From: the human T2T-CHM13v2.0 reference genome, Homo sapiens
NCBI RefSeq assembly: GCF_009914755.1
Contig: NC_060937.1
Direction: 5' to 3' (one strand)
Length of the DNA: 64,000 nt
Within the stretch, counting starts at the first letter, position 1. Each line of letters opens with the position of its first letter. Positions 62,274 to 64,000 of this stretch are shown one piece after another. The position numbers and the translations under genes are program-made. The notes under the pieces are model-generated. The model made no database searches. It was given only the letters and a program-made list of their open reading frames with translations, and had not been told where the DNA came from.

Positions 62274-63369
62274 CGTTGGAGAATCTTAACTTTCTTGGTG
62301 GTGGTTGTTTTCCTTTTTCTTTTTTTTTCTTTTCTTTTCTTTCCTTCTCCTCCCCCCCCCACCCCCCTTGTCGTCGTCCTCCTCCTCCTCCTCCTCCTCC
62401 TCCTCCTCCTCCTCCTCCTCCTCTTTCATTTCTTTCAGCTGGGCTCTCCTACTTGTGTTGCTCTGTTGCTCACGCTGGTCTCAAACTCCTGGCCTTGACG
62501 CTTCTCCCGTCACATCCGCCGTCTGGTTGTTGAAATGAGCATCTCTCGTAAAATGGAAAAGATGAAAGAAATAAACACGAAGACGGAAAGCACGGTGTGA
62601 ACGTTTCTCTTGCCGTCTCCCGGGGTGTACCTTGGACCCGGAAACACGGAGGGAGCTTGGCTGAGTGGGTTTTCGGTGCCGAAACCTCCCGAGGGCCTCC
62701 TTCCCTCTCCCCCTTGTCCCCGCTTCTCCCCCAGCCGAGGCTCCCACCGCCGCCCTGGCATTTTCCATAGGAGAGGTATGGGAGAGGACTGACACGCCTT
62801 CCAGATCTATATCCTGCCGGACGTCTCTGGCTCGGCGTGCCCCACCGGCTACCTGCCACCTTCCAGGGAGCTCTGAGGCGGATGCGACCCCCACCCCCCC
62901 GTCACGTCCCGCTACCCTCCCCCGGCTGGCCTTTGCCGGGCGACCCCAGGGGAACCGCGTTGATGCTGCCTTCGGATCCTCCGGCGAAGACTTCCACCGG
63001 ATGCCCCGGGTGGGCCGGTTGGGATCAGACTGGACCACCCCGGACCGTGCTGTTCTTGGGGGTGGGTTGACGTACAGGGTGGACTGGCAGCCCCAGCATT
63101 GTAAAGGGTGCGTGGGTATGGAAATGTCACCTAGGATGCCCTCCTTCCCTTCGGTCTGCCTTCAGCTGCCTCAGGCGTGAAGACAACTTCCCATCGGAAC
63201 CTCTTCTCTTCCCTTTCTCCAGCACACAGATGAGACGCACGAGAGGGAGAAACAGCTCAATAGATACCGCTGACCTTCATTTGTGGAATCCTCAGTCATC
63301 GACACACAAGACAGGTGACTAGGCAGGGACACAGATCAAACACTATTTCCGGGTCCTCGTGGTGGGATT

Positions 63370-63426
<57 letters not shown>

Positions 63427-63584
63427 CGCGCACGCGCGCACACACACACACAATTTCCATATCTAGTTCAGAGAGCACACTCACTTCCCCCTTTCACAGT
63501 ACGCAGGCTGAGTAAAACCCGCCCCACCCTCCACCCGTTGGCTGACGAAACCCCTTCTCTACAATTTATGAAAAAGATGATCTG

Positions 63585-63867
63585 GGCCGGGCACGCTAGC
63601 TCACGCCTGTCACTCCGGCACTTTGGGAGGCCGAGGCGGGTGGATCGCTTGGGGCCGGGAGTTCGAGACCAGGCTGGCCGACGTGGCGAAACCCCGTCTC
63701 TCTGAAAAATAGAACGATTAGCCGGGCCTGGTGGCGTGGGCTTGGAATCACGACCGCTCGGGAGACTGGGGCGGGCGACTTGTTCCAACCGGGGAGGCCG
63801 AGGTTGCGATGAGCTGAGATCGTGCCGTGGCGATGCGGCCTGGATGACGGAGCGAGACCCCGTGTCG
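63585..63867 (+). mobile_element. Alu, copy of 16615-16897
   Basis: Same sequence at offset +46970. Confidence 0.9.
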
Positions 63868-64000
63868 AGAGAATCATGATGTTATTATAAGATGAGTTGT
63901 GCGCGGTGATGGCCGCCTGTAGTCGCGGCTACTCGGGAGGCTGAGACGAGGAGAAGATCACTTGAGGCCCCACAGGTCGAGGCTTCGGTCGGCCGTGACC

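Overview
This window is a tandem primate 45S/47S rDNA array, almost certainly human (nucleolar organiser region of an acrocentric short arm), transcribed on the + strand with a unit period of exactly 46,970 bp. Layout: end of a 5'ETS, 18S (698-2566), ITS1, 5.8S (3649-3805), ITS2, 28S (4974-10058), 3'ETS, a full ~33.6 kb intergenic spacer (IGS), the Pol I promoter (TSS 44013), a second complete transcription unit (18S 47668-49536, 5.8S 50619-50775, 28S 51944-57028) and the first ~6.6 kb of the next IGS. The IGS holds four Sal-box R repeats, ~25 Alu pieces, a 4.4/5.7 kb tandem duplication (L1 3' end + inverted Alu pair + CT tract), three CT-rich tracts, a CDC27 retropseudogene, the RGC p53 site and CTCF-like motifs. 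No protein-coding gene is supportable; the long ORFs are GC-rich or low-complexity artefacts. The locus is well known and I found no demonstrable new gene system. The best second-look observations are: (1) most IGS Alus share one left-arm substitution (TGTAAT>TGTCAT) across subfamilies; (2) the CDC27 retrocopy leaves the coding sequence exactly at a GTAAGT donor and runs ~1.7 kb on to a poly(A) and target-site duplication, suggesting capture of an intronic-polyadenylation isoform; (3) a ~250 bp module present three times with co-oriented CTCF-like motifs; (4) a two-anchor higher-order structure in the CT tracts; (5) a chimeric extra R repeat. Comparisons to reference sequences are from memory and need alignment.
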